A DNA stretch of 64,000 nucleotides, taken from assembly GCF_018350175.1 (NCBI RefSeq), contig NC_058370.1, positions 107,198,001 to 107,262,000 on the forward strand. Reading direction: 5' to 3'. A program made the position numbers and the translations under genes. Below, in pieces: positions 11,466-24,392 of this stretch (position 1 is the first letter of the stretch; each line of letters opens with the position of its first letter). The DNA is from Felis catus (taxonomy: Eukaryota). Below the pieces are notes generated by a model. It had not been told where the DNA came from. It ran no database searches and worked only from the letters and a program-made list of their open reading frames with translations.

Positions 11466-13622
11466 TATTTCCACAATTAAGGCTATCTTGTGGGATTCTG
11501 GCACAGGTCTTCCACGTCTAAGCCTACCATTCTTTCTGCTGTCACAGGGCCATAGTCTCACACACCATTGCAATCTACCTCGGGGCAGTTGGAAGGCTCA
11601 GTCAGAGAACACTGTGTACCCCCTCTCTGTTCTCCCTGAAATATTACAATGAGTAGCTCTTCTTGAAGGTCTTAATAATGCTAAGACGTGAGCACAGTCC
11701 TGTAAAGTCTCAGTTAAGTAAAGAAATAAAATGATGCTTGATACTAAAATGGCACAAGGAGAGAATTCCTGTGAAGTCGAGTCACCTTTTGGTTAGGAGG
11801 AAAACAAACTATGAATAAGGAGATTAATGCGTGAGTAAACCACGCGAAAGGTTTGGATTTCTTTGCCTCCCCCCACCCCCTTTGGTCACATTACTTAAAA
11901 AGAAAAGCAGTTGGTTTTGTTGAAAAGTACACTGTCATCTGAGACTTCCCTTTTGACAACTAAAAGGGAACATGCTTATTCTTTCCACGTGCTGGGCAGG
12001 ATCAAAAAAAAAAAAGGCAAAACAAAAAACACACACAGAAGGAACAAAAAACTGGAGAGTAAGCAGTTTAGGAATCGCGTTTCAAGAGAATTTGCCTGCA
12101 CATCTATGAAATGAGATGGCAACAGTCAACCCTAAGAGCATATTAATGGACCCGAATCTCCTAAAGTCTTTCTCATGGAAGTTCCCAGGCATTTATAGTC
12201 TTTCACCGGCTTTCTCAGTGAACTTGGGGGAGTGAGAGAGGAGGAATATGGACAAAAAAGCCTTCACTTTCTTTCAGTCTATTTATTTCTGCACACAGAA
12301 GGTGTCCCCCTTGTGGTGACAGCAAAGGCTGGTCTGGCATTTCATCTAATCTTGTGATACTTGCGATATTTCACACATGCACAAAGACCTTTAGTTTTCT
12401 GCCTATCCACCCTTTAATAGCTCATGCCTCTAAAAGGGTAAACTTACGCAAATACTCATTCCTATCTGAAGGTTAATGCTAAACCCAAAGCCAGATAGGC
12501 AGTCCGCTGGCTTTAAACTTTTTAACCTCGTGTACTATTATTTTAAAATTCTCCTTCCCTGGGACTGGGTGTATGGTTTTTCCATGAAGTAGTGTCGGAG
12601 ATTAAGATGGTGTTATCTGTCCATTAACAATTTACTTACCGGGGCATGAAAAAGTGCTTAAGCCCAAGTGTCTGTGTCAAAGCCATGGCCAACCATTAAG
12701 CTTTCTCAATTATGTAGCCTGCTCTGCCTTTTTAGCAGCGGTGGGAAAACCAGTCTGAGTCAGCAGGCACCGCAACGGGTTCCTTTCATTCCTGTTCCTC
12801 TCTCCTTGGAGTCAGAGTAAACACCAAAGGAGGGGGAGATGGCAATTTTGCTTATTTTAAAGGAAGTATCTCAGTTGAACTGCTGTTGTCGTTTGGAGTA
12901 GTGAGTTGGAAGACGCTTTTTCCCCTCCCTGTACTGTGTCAATATATCCAATTATCTTTGCCAAAACTTCCAGAATAGTAAAGACTTCCATGCTGCTGTA
13001 TTCAAGCAAAATAAAAGGTCATTAGGAGATCTGAGACATTAGTTTTGGAAGGAAAATCCAAATTAGACTTAACGTCAATTGGAGAACTAAAAAAGAGAGA
13101 AAGGTGAAATGTCCTCCCCAATCAGCCATCTTCTATAACTAAAGTAATTTCTAGGATACTTGGGGAAAATGTACATTGTGGATCTAAATTGTTGACAATT
13201 ACTAAATATTAAGGAGAAAATCTGAGTAGTGGTAAATCCGTGTCTAACAGTATGGCTTTCTACATCTTACATATTTCATTTCTAATGCAACCTCCTCAAC
13301 GAAGCCTGACAGGATGTGTTTTAAACCTCTGGCAGCTTGACAGGCTGGCATGTTTCCTACATATAATGCATATTGTAGATTGAATAATTGGAAAACAATG
13401 AAGTGTATATTTCAACAATGCTTGGTTTATTTATACCATCTTTTCAAAAAATATTTATGTAACAATATTGTAGACAATAAATTAGGACGATACCAATAGG
13501 AAACCTCACTCCTATGGTGTTCTTGGACATATTTTCCCATTTCTACGTATTCCTTCTAACTTTTCCTTCTGGATATGTTATATTCTGTGTTTTGCAAAAG
13601 TGTTACAATTTTCAAAAATTCT

Positions 13623-13848
13623 TCTTTTTTTTAATTTTTTTTTCAACGTTTATTTTTATTTTTGGGACAGAGAGAGACAGAGCATGAACGGGGGAGGGGC
13701 AGAGAGAGAGGGAGACACAGAATCAGAAACAGGCTCCAGGCTCTAAGCCATCAGCCCAGAGCCTGACGCGGGGCTCGAACTCATGGACTGCGAGATCGTG
13801 ACCTGGCTGAAGTCGGACGCTTAACCGACTGCGCCACCCAGGCGCCCC
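13623..13848 (-). mobile_element. Young felid SINEC_Fc
   Basis: Diagnostic ggcgcagtcgg/cagccagg head, CpGs retained; TSD ttttcaaaaattct (13609-13622, 13851-13864). Confidence 0.97.
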
Positions 13849-14913
13849 ATTTTTCAAAAATTCTAAAACATCAGAATGGCTCACATAATACCCACTATGG
13901 AGTATGAGAATTGTTAGAAAGAGGAATAGATCTTATTGTCTAAGAACAGAATTAAGCATCCAGACTGAGGCATGCTGAAATAAATGCCATTGTATTTGAT
14001 ACTCAGAATGAAGCAGAGGATATCAATACTCTTTTTCGCAGTCTATATTATTTCTCTTACAACATGAATGTATTTTTCTGGAAGACATTGTTTGAATAAA
14101 TCTGATCATTTCTTTAAAATTCTGTAGCATAAACAATTTCATTCCTTCGTATCATCAGCCTGTCAAAGTAGAGAAGATACGTAGATCAGTCCAAAGCAAT
14201 GGTTGATGGGTTCATTATCATTGACATTTGTGAGCAGAAATGAATTGATAAAATATAACTGTGCCTCTGCCAGTGATTGGACTATTCATTTTCCTGTGGC
14301 ATTGGGCACAGTTTACCTTACAAAACAAGTCCTTGTATCATGCCCTGTGATCGTAGGACAAACTGCCAGTGAGTTACTGTTGAATCCTGTGATCCTTAGG
14401 AAGGAATCCTTGCCTAAGGCAAAATCCCCATTGTCCCAAGCACCAAATTGTTCACCTGGGGAATACTATATACTCATTTTTGAAGAGTTAAAATATAAAT
14501 ATGTGAATGAAATATAAATGAGAAAGGCAAAACATCTGGGAAAAACTTGAGTGGCACACAGGTGGAGGAGACATGGTGTTTACATTTATTTGAGAAGACA
14601 TAAGAGCTATCTTCCCATATGGAGAGGCCCATCATCCAAAAGTTAAGGGTTTTGTTTAGAGTATAACAACAACACCCCCTGGAGATTTTATAGCATGGAA
14701 GAGCTCCAAACAACATAAAGAAGTTTCCAATGATTTGAGAGGTACAACAAGGGGTTGTGCTTCCTTGCAAAGAAGTGTGTTTCCTGAGGGTGATTAAAGG
14801 TGTTCGAAGAGTGCCAGACAACTAATTTTCAGCTCTGTTAAGTGAAGGAAATATTTTATTACAAAATATTTTGGACTGTATAGTCTTTAAGGGCACTTTG
14901 CAATTGAAATACT

Positions 14914-15141
14914 TTATTTATTTATTATTGTTTTTCAATGTTTATTTCATTATTGAGAGAGTGGGAGACAGAGCAAGCGTGGGGGAGGGGCAGAGAGAGA
15001 GGGAGACACAGAATCCCAAGCAGGCTCCAGTCTCCCAGCTGTCAACACAGATACGGGCACAGGGCTCGAACCCATGAACCGTGAGATCATGACCTGAGCC
15101 AAAGTCGGATGCTTAACCAACTGAGCCAACCAAGGAACCCC
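14914..15141 (-). mobile_element. Can-SINE
   Basis: Typical body and head on minus strand. Confidence 0.93.
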
Positions 15142-15414
15142 ACAATTCATTAAAAATTATACAATTAGCAAATTATCAGTAAGTGGAAGATTCCAAAGAT
15201 AAATTCAGCTTCACACATAGCATGTGAAAACAGATACTAATTGAAGGAACAAAGGAGAACTATTCTTAAGGGGCCTGAGTATGAAATCAGCAATCTCAGA
15301 TGAAGCAAAGTAGTAGGTTGGCCAAGAAAAAGGGCCCCAAATCAAACTCCTGCTATTAAATAATTTGCACAGTTGTGGGAAGCACAAAGTAGGTTCTCAA
15401 TGACTACCCATTGT

Positions 15415-15700
15415 GTTCATTCACGCATGCAATCATTTATTGGGCACTTCATATGGGCCAGGCATTATGCTGGGTCCCCCCATACTTTGTGCAAGGTACT
15501 ATGCTGGGAACACTGGAGTGAACATTCTTTGCTCTTATATTGCAGTTGAAGAGCTAGATATTAAACACAAATTACATTTTTAACTCATTACACTAATGGT
15601 AAGTGTATTTCTAGAAGTATAGGGTGCATAGCAGGGGATCTGATCTGGTCTGGGTAACCAGGGAAAGTTTTCTTAAGGAAATACCATATTCCCTAGTGAG
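15415..15700 (-). mobile_element. L2 3' fragment
   Basis: cattcacgcatgcaatcatttattgggcac...gccaggcattatgctggg. Confidence 0.65.
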
Positions 15701-15884
15701 CTGAGTGATGAAAAAATAGCAACCAAACTTTAAAGTGATTATAGAATGGATGTAGCAGTTCTATACAAACAACATGAAAATGCATAGACAACAGAAAAGC
15801 ATATAGTACTATGGGAAGCCACATTAAATATATGTAACATAGTCATGCTATTTATACATCATTATCATGGATAGCCTACTTTTT

Positions 15885-16101
15885 TACTTTTACATTGTTT
15901 GACATTTATTTATTTTTGAGAGACAGAGACAGAGTGCAAGTGGGAGAGGGACAGAGAGAGAGGGAGACACAGAATCTGAAGCAGGCTCCAGGCTCTGAGC
16001 TGTCAGCGCAGAGCCCGATGCGGGGCTTGAACTCACGGACCACAAGATCATGACCCGAGCCAAGTTGGACGCTCAAACCGACTGAGCCACCCAGGTGCCC
16101 C
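15885..16101 (-). mobile_element. Can-SINE (left member of tandem pair)
   Basis: Full-length body and head. Confidence 0.95.
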
Positions 16102-16106
16102 CCTCT

Positions 16107-16326
16107 CTTTTAATGTTTATTTATTTTTGAGAGAGAGAGAGAGAAAGAGATAAATAGAATGTGAGTGGGGGAGGGACAGAGAGAGAAGGAGACACAGAAG
16201 CCGAAGCAGGCTCCAGGCTCTGAGCTGCCAGCACAGAGCCTGAAGCTGGGCTTGAACTCACAGATCATGAGATCATGACCTGAGCTGAAGTCAGACATAT
16301 CAATGACTGAGCCACCCAGGTGCCCC
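16107..16326 (-). mobile_element. Can-SINE (right member of tandem pair)
   Basis: Full length; TSD tagcctacttttt encloses both SINEs. Confidence 0.95.
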
Positions 16327-16567
16327 TAGCCTACTTTTTAAAAAGATTATATCAAGCCTGTTTATGATTTAAAAAAAAAAAAAAATGCCCTGCAGGTAAA
16401 AAATTGCATTTAGCAAAATTTGGCCTAAATATTAGTGAAACACTCTTCAAGATCTCTTCCACCTCTATAACTATGATATCTATGAGACAAACAAAAAATG
16501 CCGTCAATTGGGGAAAATACAGAACATGTTTGACTCTGAATTACTAGCATTAAAATTACAAGTAATA

Positions 16568-16789
16568 GGGGCGCCTGGGTGGCGCAGTCGGTTAAGCGTC
16601 CGACTTCCGCCAGGTCACGATCTCGCAGTCCGTGAGTTCGAGCCCCGCGTCGGGCTCTGGGCTGATGGCTCACAGCCTGGAGCCTGTTTCCGATTCTGTG
16701 TCTCCCTCTCTCTCTGCCCCTGCCCCGTTCATGCTCTGTCTCTCTCTGTCCCAAAAATAAAAATAAACGTTGAAAAAAAAATTTTTTTA
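16568..16789 (+). mobile_element. Young felid SINEC_Fc
   Basis: Full length; perfect TSD aaaattacaagtaata (16552-16567, 16790-16805). Confidence 0.97.
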
Positions 16790-17709
16790 AAAATTACAAG
16801 TAATAGACATAGCATTGAGGCACATTTAGAGTATATGTCATCTCCCAGTGTTGATCACTTAACAGGATTTCAACAAATCATTATTGAACAATTGATTCTT
16901 TCTCTGATCCTTGAATTAATCAATTAATTTGGAAGAAATCGATTTTCTCTTTTCTGAAATATCACGCTTTGTTAGTTTAATTAATTATTAATCCCTCTAA
17001 AAGTGATTATTTTATAATATGGCTGGTTTCTCATAAGTACTATTGGTTCTCCAAGCATTGCATTGTTGATCCTGCTCCAATGATCAAACATCTGCTCCTA
17101 CCATCTACACATTTCCTCTTATCCCATGAAAACGATTTGTTTCACTTTCCACCAACTTCCTGTATATCTCAGATGCTTTCATTAGCATCATAGCCACCAA
17201 TGGTGCTATTTGTAGAACAGTATTTATTTATCAAATTATTCATTCAACAAACACTGAATGCCTGATATGCTCAGATCATATACGGAATCTTCTGCATCAT
17301 ATTTTTTGAGCATCACCAGAAAAGTACTATATATAAAATATATTCTCTTTTTTTTTTGCCAGAAATTCTAGCATTGGTAGAATTAATTTTATTAACTACC
17401 TTTAATACAATAAATATCCACTACAGGGACCTAATTTGGAAGAAGCTGTGTATGCAAATCATCTGAACACACTACCAAAGAAAAAGATTTAATGCTAATT
17501 TGACTAACATGGAATGATTGAAATGATCATATTTTCACCCAGAGTGAGAGTTTGTAAGTGTTTATTTTATTTGGGTGCATAATAGTGATGCATTTGGTTT
17601 TTTTTAATTTAAAGTGTAGTTGTAGAGTGTTAGTTATACCTACTTTATACAATTAAAATCTTCTTAACACAATGACAGTTGGGGTTAACATTCATGGTAC
17701 ACGTTTTTA

Positions 17710-18170
17710 TAAGTTAGGATTAAATTCAGCTGTAAATGACAGAAACCCCAAATAAACATTTCTTAAATAAATAGTGGTCTCTCTCTCTCTCTGATGAACA
17801 TAATCTGGAAATAAACAGTTTAAGCCTGATAGAGCAGCTTCATGGTCACTATGACTCCTACGTATCCTGACGCTTTGCAAACTTTAGTACACTGCCTCAT
17901 GGACCACAGTGGCTGCTCAAATTCCAGCCATAAATCCACACTGGAGCCAGCAGAAAGGAGAAAGGGGAAGAGAAAGGAACAAAGGGAGCAGTCAGCTGTC
18001 TTTTGAGAAGGTTTTCTGGAAGTTCTCACATAACACTTCTGTTTCGATCTCATCAGGCAGAACTTAGTCATGTGCCCGCTGTTCACGGCAAAGTCATCTT
18101 TATTCTAAGCAGCTAAAAGGGAGGGGCGTGTTGCTAACAGAATATTGGACTAAACAATTAGCTGTCTCTT
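17710..18170 (-). mobile_element. MaLR solo LTR (MLT1J-like)
   Basis: agttaggattaaattcagctgtaaatgacagaaacccc...tggctgctcaaattccagcc...cagaacttagtcatgtg motifs typical of MLT1. Confidence 0.75.
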
Positions 18171-18699
18171 TCGTTGTTTGTTTTTTTTTTTTTATTTTGT
18201 TTTGTTTTGGTTTAATGTAGCTATTCTTTTGTGGAGGTTAGGATTATGCTTTCTCTCCTCTCTAAACGTGGAAGCCTTCCACATACTTGCTCATGCTGTT
18301 TGTAAAGTTCAGGGTTATCTCACCCTTGGGATATACCACCCACTCTATGAACACCCTTGGCTCATCAGATTCTAAATTTCCAGGGTGATAGATGTACCTT
18401 CTTTTACTTTGAATCCCCCAGAGCCTTCATCAACTACTTATCAGGTATGCCTCAATACATATTCTGAGTGATTGTGTGTTTTAAATTTAGATTTTAAAAT
18501 ATAAAAATACACAAGGAGAGTAACTCCATAGCAATCAACAATGCAAAACTACTCGACTAATCGTTTTACCTATTTATTTGTTGTCATCAGCCCTTTATTT
18601 CGTCTAGTAAGAGTGTAACTGTGGGTCCTGTAACAGAAATAAGACGAAGTAGCGTCTCTGTATGGTTTTCAGAAAACAGGAACTATCTGGAAGAGAGAT

Positions 18700-18875
18700 T
18701 ATGTTGTCATGGTAAAAAGAACAAAGGCTCTGGAGACAGGCCCTGGATTCAAATCCGAGCTCTGCCACTTGCTAGCTCTTTGGCCGTAGCAAGTTACATT
18801 CCTCAGTTTCTTCATTGTGTAAAATAGGGACAATAACAAGGATGGATTGCCATGGTGGGACTCAGAAATGAACGT
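18700..18875 (+). mobile_element. MIR SINE
   Basis: ggctctggagacaggccctggattcaaatccgagctctgccacttgctagct...cctcagtttcttcattgtgtaaaatagggac. Confidence 0.88.
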
Positions 18876-18877
18876 AC

Positions 18878-19315
18878 TGTGAAGCTTGGAAGCTCATGTC
18901 CGGGGACCCTCATATCCATGGGTCCCTTCCCAGGCCCTGGGAGAAGGCCTGGTAACATGTTCACATGATCCTATGCTTTGGTAACATTTGCAAAAGTAAC
19001 TTGTTTGTTTCTTTTTTTTTTTTTTTCAACGTTTTTTATTTATTTTTGGGACAGAGAGAGACAGAGCATGAACGGGGGAGGGGCAGAGAGAGAGGGAGAC
19101 ACAGAATCGGAAGCAGGCTCCAGGCTCCGAGCCATCAGCCCAGAGCCTGACGCGGGACTCGAACTCACGGACCGCGAGATCGTGACCTGGCTGAAGTCGG
19201 ACGCTTAACCGACTGCACCACCCAGGCGCCCCTGTTTGTTTCTTTTCTTAACACAGACTCCAAACTGTGTAAGCTTCGGTTCACACAAAATCCAAAGCCT
19301 CCCCTGGCAGCTCAG
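18878..19315 (+). mobile_element. Internally deleted hAT-Tip100 element (MER115/Zaphod-like), interrupted by a SINE
   Basis: 5' part ggtcccttcccaggccctgggagaaggcctggtaacatgttcacatg...tttgcaaaagtaa and 3' end aaactgtgtaagcttc...cacaaaatcc...cccctg. Confidence 0.6.
19016..19232 (-). mobile_element. Young felid SINEC_Fc
   Basis: Full length; TSD tgtttgtttctttt (19002-19015, 19233-19246). Confidence 0.97.
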
Positions 19316-19429
19316 CTGCATCAGAAGCTCTAAGACGCCTGCACTAGTTAGAACCTTGAATTAGACAGCCTTAAGGTCGGAGATGGTCTACGTGGGTGTG
19401 TCGCCAACTGAATCAGATACTTGGGATAT

Positions 19430-19632
19430 TTGTTTGCCAGAGGGGAGGTGGGTGGGCTGTGGTTAAATAGGTGATGGGGATTAAGGCGTGCACTTGTGGT
19501 GATGAGCACTGGGTGATGTGTGAAAGTGCTGAATCGTACTCAATTGTACTCAATTGTACATCTGAAACTAACATGACACTGTATGTAAACGAACTGGAAC
19601 TTGCATAACAACTTTAAAATAATCTAAAAAAA
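19430..19632 (+). mobile_element. 5'-truncated carnivore L1 3' end
   Basis: gccagaggggaggtgggtgg...ggtgatggggattaagg...gatgagcactgggtgatg...tgaaactaac...A-rich tail; internal duplication of gtactcaatt. Confidence 0.88.
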
Positions 19633-19750
19633 TGCAGGAACGGGGAGCTTATACCTCCCAAATGAGAATCTTTTGGGATTGGCGCTGCAAATCTCCATTT
19701 TGCTCAAGCTTCTCAGGTGATTTTCATGTGCCTGAAGATTTAAGACACTG
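19633..19750. mobile_element. MER5-family hAT MITE (right part; left part probably ~19385-19430, split by the L1)
   Basis: aaatgcag...aatctccatttt...aagcttctcaggtgattttcatgtgc...ttaagacactg. Confidence 0.6.
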
Positions 19751-20169
19751 TTGTAATAGCTCTTCCAACTCTGAAATTCTAACTTTAAACTGCATAATCC
19801 TGATTCAGAAAGCACCAATCAAAAGAAGAATCAGAAGGTTCTGTGGAAGAATCAGAAATTTGTCCTCCTCTTTCAGGATTTGCCCAAGGCAAGGCATACT
19901 TGGGATTTTGAGACAGACAGAAAGGGGTGGAGATATGAAAAGCTGAGATCCCACTTTTCAGCACGTAAACACAACTTGTCTAAAAGCGTTAAGATTTGTG
20001 AACAATTCGTTCTTCTTTGGTTTATTTTCAAGAATAAATAAAATATTTCATTTTCTTCCCCTACTCATAAGCCGGGTGGTGAAGATTATGATCATTCTCT
20101 ATAATAGGAGATTCTATTAACCCAAATCAAGCTATATTCTCTTCTGGGGAGAGAAGAGGGATCTAAGAG

Positions 20170-20395
20170 CTAATGTTACTCTTTCTCAGACACACTGTTA
20201 CATGTTCTCCAAATGGGATCTTGTTGAATGTTTAGAGCAATTCTGCAAGAAAGGTGCCATGTTCCTCTTTGAGGAAGAAAACTAAAACCCAAGCAGATGA
20301 AATAATCTTGCATAAAATCACATAGCTCACATGTTGCAGGGATTCAACCCCAGGTATGACTGAATCCAAAGCCTGTTTTGTCCTCCCAACACCAT
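20170..20395 (-). mobile_element. MIR SINE
   Basis: gaggaagaaaactaaaaccc...aaatcacatagct...ggattcaaccccagg...gaatccaaagcctg. Confidence 0.65.
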
Positions 20396-21489
20396 GGCAC
20401 TTACAACTAAATATAGCATTCATTTGTATGTGCGGTGACATTCACAGCCTAAACCTTAAAATGCTACGCTACAATATACCTCAGAACCAATAAATTGCCC
20501 TTGTATCTAACGGCAAAGAACACACTCCTCTCTCCCCCTCCCACATTAAAGGATATCTCTATAATGAAAAGGTTGTGGTTGTGATCTTTTATGTTACTAG
20601 ATATTTGTGCTTAAGCACCAAATCAATGCAGTCATAGACACTGATGAATCTCTTCAAAATGTAAGGTTAGACCGTGAGTACTGTTTGCAAATGCTGCACA
20701 ATGTCATGGACTTCCTCTCTTACCATGTCATTGAGTTCATTCATTCCTCATGAGATATGGACAGAGAGAAGAGATGTATTCTAGAGTGGCCAATGTGTTC
20801 AGCACAACTTGGAAATGAGCACCTTGCACCCCAACAAGAACTGTTGGTTGGGATTCAACTAATACACTCAACCTCCTTCATCAAAGCATCATTAGGGCAA
20901 CTAACCTTTGGCAACCAAAAGCACTGCATTTGGGGAAGAGAGCAACTTTTGGTTTCCTCTTTCAGTGTTTCATGAGGGATTTTTTTGTTTGTTTTAGTTC
21001 TAAAGAATAAATGTTGATGGCCTCTCTACTGGCACCACAGAAAATCAGAATGTAATTTAAAAAAAAAAAACAGTAATGAAACTATGCAGTTTTTTTTTTA
21101 TCATATGACCTTTCCTTGTCCCATTTTTCTCCCATTCCTCGGTAAAATTGAGTCACTACGGAAACCTTATCATTAGTCCTCAGTCAATTTTCATAACTGT
21201 ATCAATAGATGTGGCGTCAGGAAGAAATTGCCCGGGTACATTAATGAGCAGCCCATGGGTGGGGACTAAGGGTAAGCAGTCACACAGCTATTAAATGGAC
21301 CACTATGAAGAGATAAACAATGCAAGTGATGTTAAATAGTCTTGCATTTTTCTCCCATATTCACAACTTTTAAAATGTTTTCCACAAGTCCAGAAGCCTT
21401 AAGATGTCAAAGCACCTTATAATCCAAGCTAAGATGGAAACATTTATCACTCATATTTTAGTGATCTTTCTCAATTAGAAATGAAGCGA

Positions 21490-21707
21490 GAGGCACCTGG
21501 GTGGCTCAGTCAGGTCAGCATCCGACTTGGGCTTGGGTCACGATCTCACAGTTCATGAATTCGAGCCCCGCGTCGGGGTCTGTGCTGACAGCTTGGACCC
21601 TGGAGCCTGCTTCAGATCCTGTGCTCCCTTTCTCTCTGCCCCTCCCTTGCTAACTCTCTCTCGCTCTCCCACACAAATAAGTAAACATTACAGAAATTTA
21701 AAAATAA
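21490..21707 (+). mobile_element. Can-SINE
   Basis: gaggcacctgggtggctcagtc head, CT-rich body, A tail. Confidence 0.93.
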
Positions 21708-22861
21708 TAAATGAAGGTAGTGTTTTAAGAGATAGGAACACGAAAACTCTGTTTATTTCTCCTGGTGTGTTTTCTCTTTCTAACCAAGATGAGAAATTTC
21801 TGTTTCCTCATCTATGGAATGTAAGAAGTATTTATCACTATAATCTCTATATCAGGAAAACTTGAGGGAAAAAAGTGGTATCCAGCCAGGTGACCAAGAG
21901 AAAGATTTCCATGAATCTAAAGAACACATATGATTTTCCTAAGCCTGAGAAAAATCCTGATTAAAAGATAAATAGTATATCAAAAATTTGGGTTTCAGGT
22001 TTTAGTGGAACAAGAATTCATTGTGACTATATGCTGTAAACAACGAAAAAAATTGACACAAAAAATCAATTTTAAATTTGTAAGTTAAAATTACATACAA
22101 AAATGTATAAATTCTGATATCCTTTAATCATTTATTTTCTTAAAATACTGATTTAGAATTGAATTTCCCCCAAAAGGACCTCAGAAATTTAGTCAGATAT
22201 TTTAAATGTTTATTCAGTAACAATCAATGTCTCAATGATTGCACATTCTGAATTAGTGCTGAATTGATGGACTTGCAAGTTTTCCTGAAATTTAAAATTA
22301 GTTGATCAATAATGAAATGCAATATCCTGTGAAATGGACGTGAAATTCCCCAGAAAAATCCATCAAAGAATAAAATTATATTGAAATCTTGCTATCACTG
22401 AGATCCTTTGGAACCCATCAGAAACTGATCTTTTAAAAGGGAGAGAAACACGCACTCTATATGTACAGGAAAAATGTATCATGTATATATGTATAATGCA
22501 AATGTATATGTATAATGAAAAAAACTAAGCACGTGACTTTTTATTACTCAAATGAAATCATAGGTCTTTAAATGGACAGTACATTTGATGCTCTAACACA
22601 CGTTGCTTTAAGTAATTTTTTCACTGTTTGAATTTGTAAATACAAACATGACGGCCGGTTGCAATTTGTTGGGATAGTTTAGCTCTGTAAAGGTCACACT
22701 GAGTTGAGTCGGCCTCAGCAATGTGTAAACAGGGACTGAAAGACACCTGCCTGATTCAGCACAGTACTATGCTGATTATGGCTCAAATAACAACTGTCCT
22801 CCCTATGACAAGTAGGACAGCCTTAAACAAGTGACTTGCTTTGTTTTTCAGAAAATCGGTA

Positions 22862-22863
<2 letters not shown>

Positions 22864-22897
<34 letters not shown>
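22864..22897. repeat. (TG)17 microsatellite
   Basis: Direct reading. Confidence 0.95.
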
Positions 22898-22899
<2 letters not shown>

Positions 22900-23427
22900 G
22901 GAGAGAGAGAATGTATGTGTGGAGAGCAGAAAAACTGAGAAAGAAAAGGACTTCTATCACCCCCAACCAAGATACAGCTGAATATAAAAAGGCAGAAAAA
23001 AGAAATTACCTCTCAAACAATATTAATGAATAGGCAAAAGAGAGAGAGTGAAACAACCCTCCAGAAATTGTATCACTGGATTTTTACAATTTGATGCCGA
23101 AATGTGTGGCCAAAGGAGGCAGGCTGGAATAATAATAATGCTATGTATTAATAGAGCTTTTTTTTTTTTCTGAAAAGATGTTAACACATTGTGATCATCT
23201 CTGACTTTTTTCCAAGCTGCAGTCCGGATAGCTCCTGAAAAGTACTGAGTCACAACTATTCTGGAAATTCGTGTGCCACATCAAGCTACTCTAATTCAGA
23301 AATGAACATTTACTGAGCCTACTCTAGGCCTCTTGAAAGTTTATCAACCAGTGTCTTTGTATTTAGTTCCTACGTCGACCAAGTCTCCTATACAGAAACA
23401 TGCACATGCACAGGCACGTATGCACGG

Positions 23428-23453
23428 ACACACACACACACACACACACACAC
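23428..23453. repeat. (AC)13 microsatellite
   Basis: Direct reading. Confidence 0.95.
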
Positions 23454-23692
23454 CTACTGAAACTCAGCAGTTCAACACAAGGATAAATTACTCATGAGGC
23501 TTAAGTGTACAGAGCAGAAAAAAGAAATGCAGTTAAGTTCATCTTCAGCCAAAGGAAGAAAACTTCCATGCCAACTGACCCCCTTTTCTTCCTTCAGCAA
23601 AAGGTCAAAAGTCTTTTTCATTTGGGTAGTGACTGTAAAGTTGAGCAATCATTTCTAAAATATTGTTTAAGTGGCAAGAAATTACCTCTTTT

Positions 23693-23908
23693 TTTTAAGT
23701 TTATTTATTTTTGAGAGACAGAGGGAGAGAGCACATGCATGCACAAGCTGGGGAGGGGCAGAGAGAGAGGGAGACGCAGAATCCGAAGCAGGCTCCAGGC
23801 TCTGAGCTGTCGGCACAGAGCCTGATGTGGGGCTCGAACTCACAAGCTGTGAGATCATGACCTGAGCCGAAGTCAGATGCTTAACTGACTGAGCCACCCA
23901 GGTCCCCC
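23693..23908 (-). mobile_element. Can-SINE
   Basis: Full length; perfect TSD aagaaattacctctttt. Confidence 0.96.
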
Positions 23909-24180
23909 AAGAAATTACCTCTTTTTAATAACGTGAGACAAAGAAATAGGGAGGGGGTAGGGAGACAGGAGCAGGCTGATTATTTTACGGATAACAGCCT
24001 GAAGCACAGAGGACTGAACTGATTTACTTGCAGGCATTCAGAGGGTTCCAGGAATAGGGAGCTACAAAACCTTAGCTCCTCAATCTAGGAACTACATGGT
24101 AAGGTCCTCTGTTAAGATAAAAGAAACCTGACGTTTTCTTCAGACTCCATGGTAGTTCAGCCTACTAAAATAAATTTTAA

Positions 24181-24392
24181 GGGCACCTGGGTGGCTCAGT
24201 CAGTTATGCCTCAGAGCCTCGATTTCGGCTCAGGTCATGATCTCACAGTTTGTGGGTTTGAACCCCGCATCAGGCTCTGTGCTGACAGCTCAGAGTCTGT
24301 TTGGCATTCCTTCTCATCCTCTCTCTCTCTGCCCCTCCCCCACTTGCGCTGTCTCTCTCTTAACATAAATAAGTAAACTTTAAAATCACTAC
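24181..24392 (+). mobile_element. Can-SINE
   Basis: Full length; TSD ataaattttaa. Confidence 0.94.

Noticed and set aside
11741-11775. atactaaaatggcacaaggagagaatt, faintly like U6 snRNA
   Set aside because: Too short and divergent; lacks the ACAGAGA context and the U6 5' stem.
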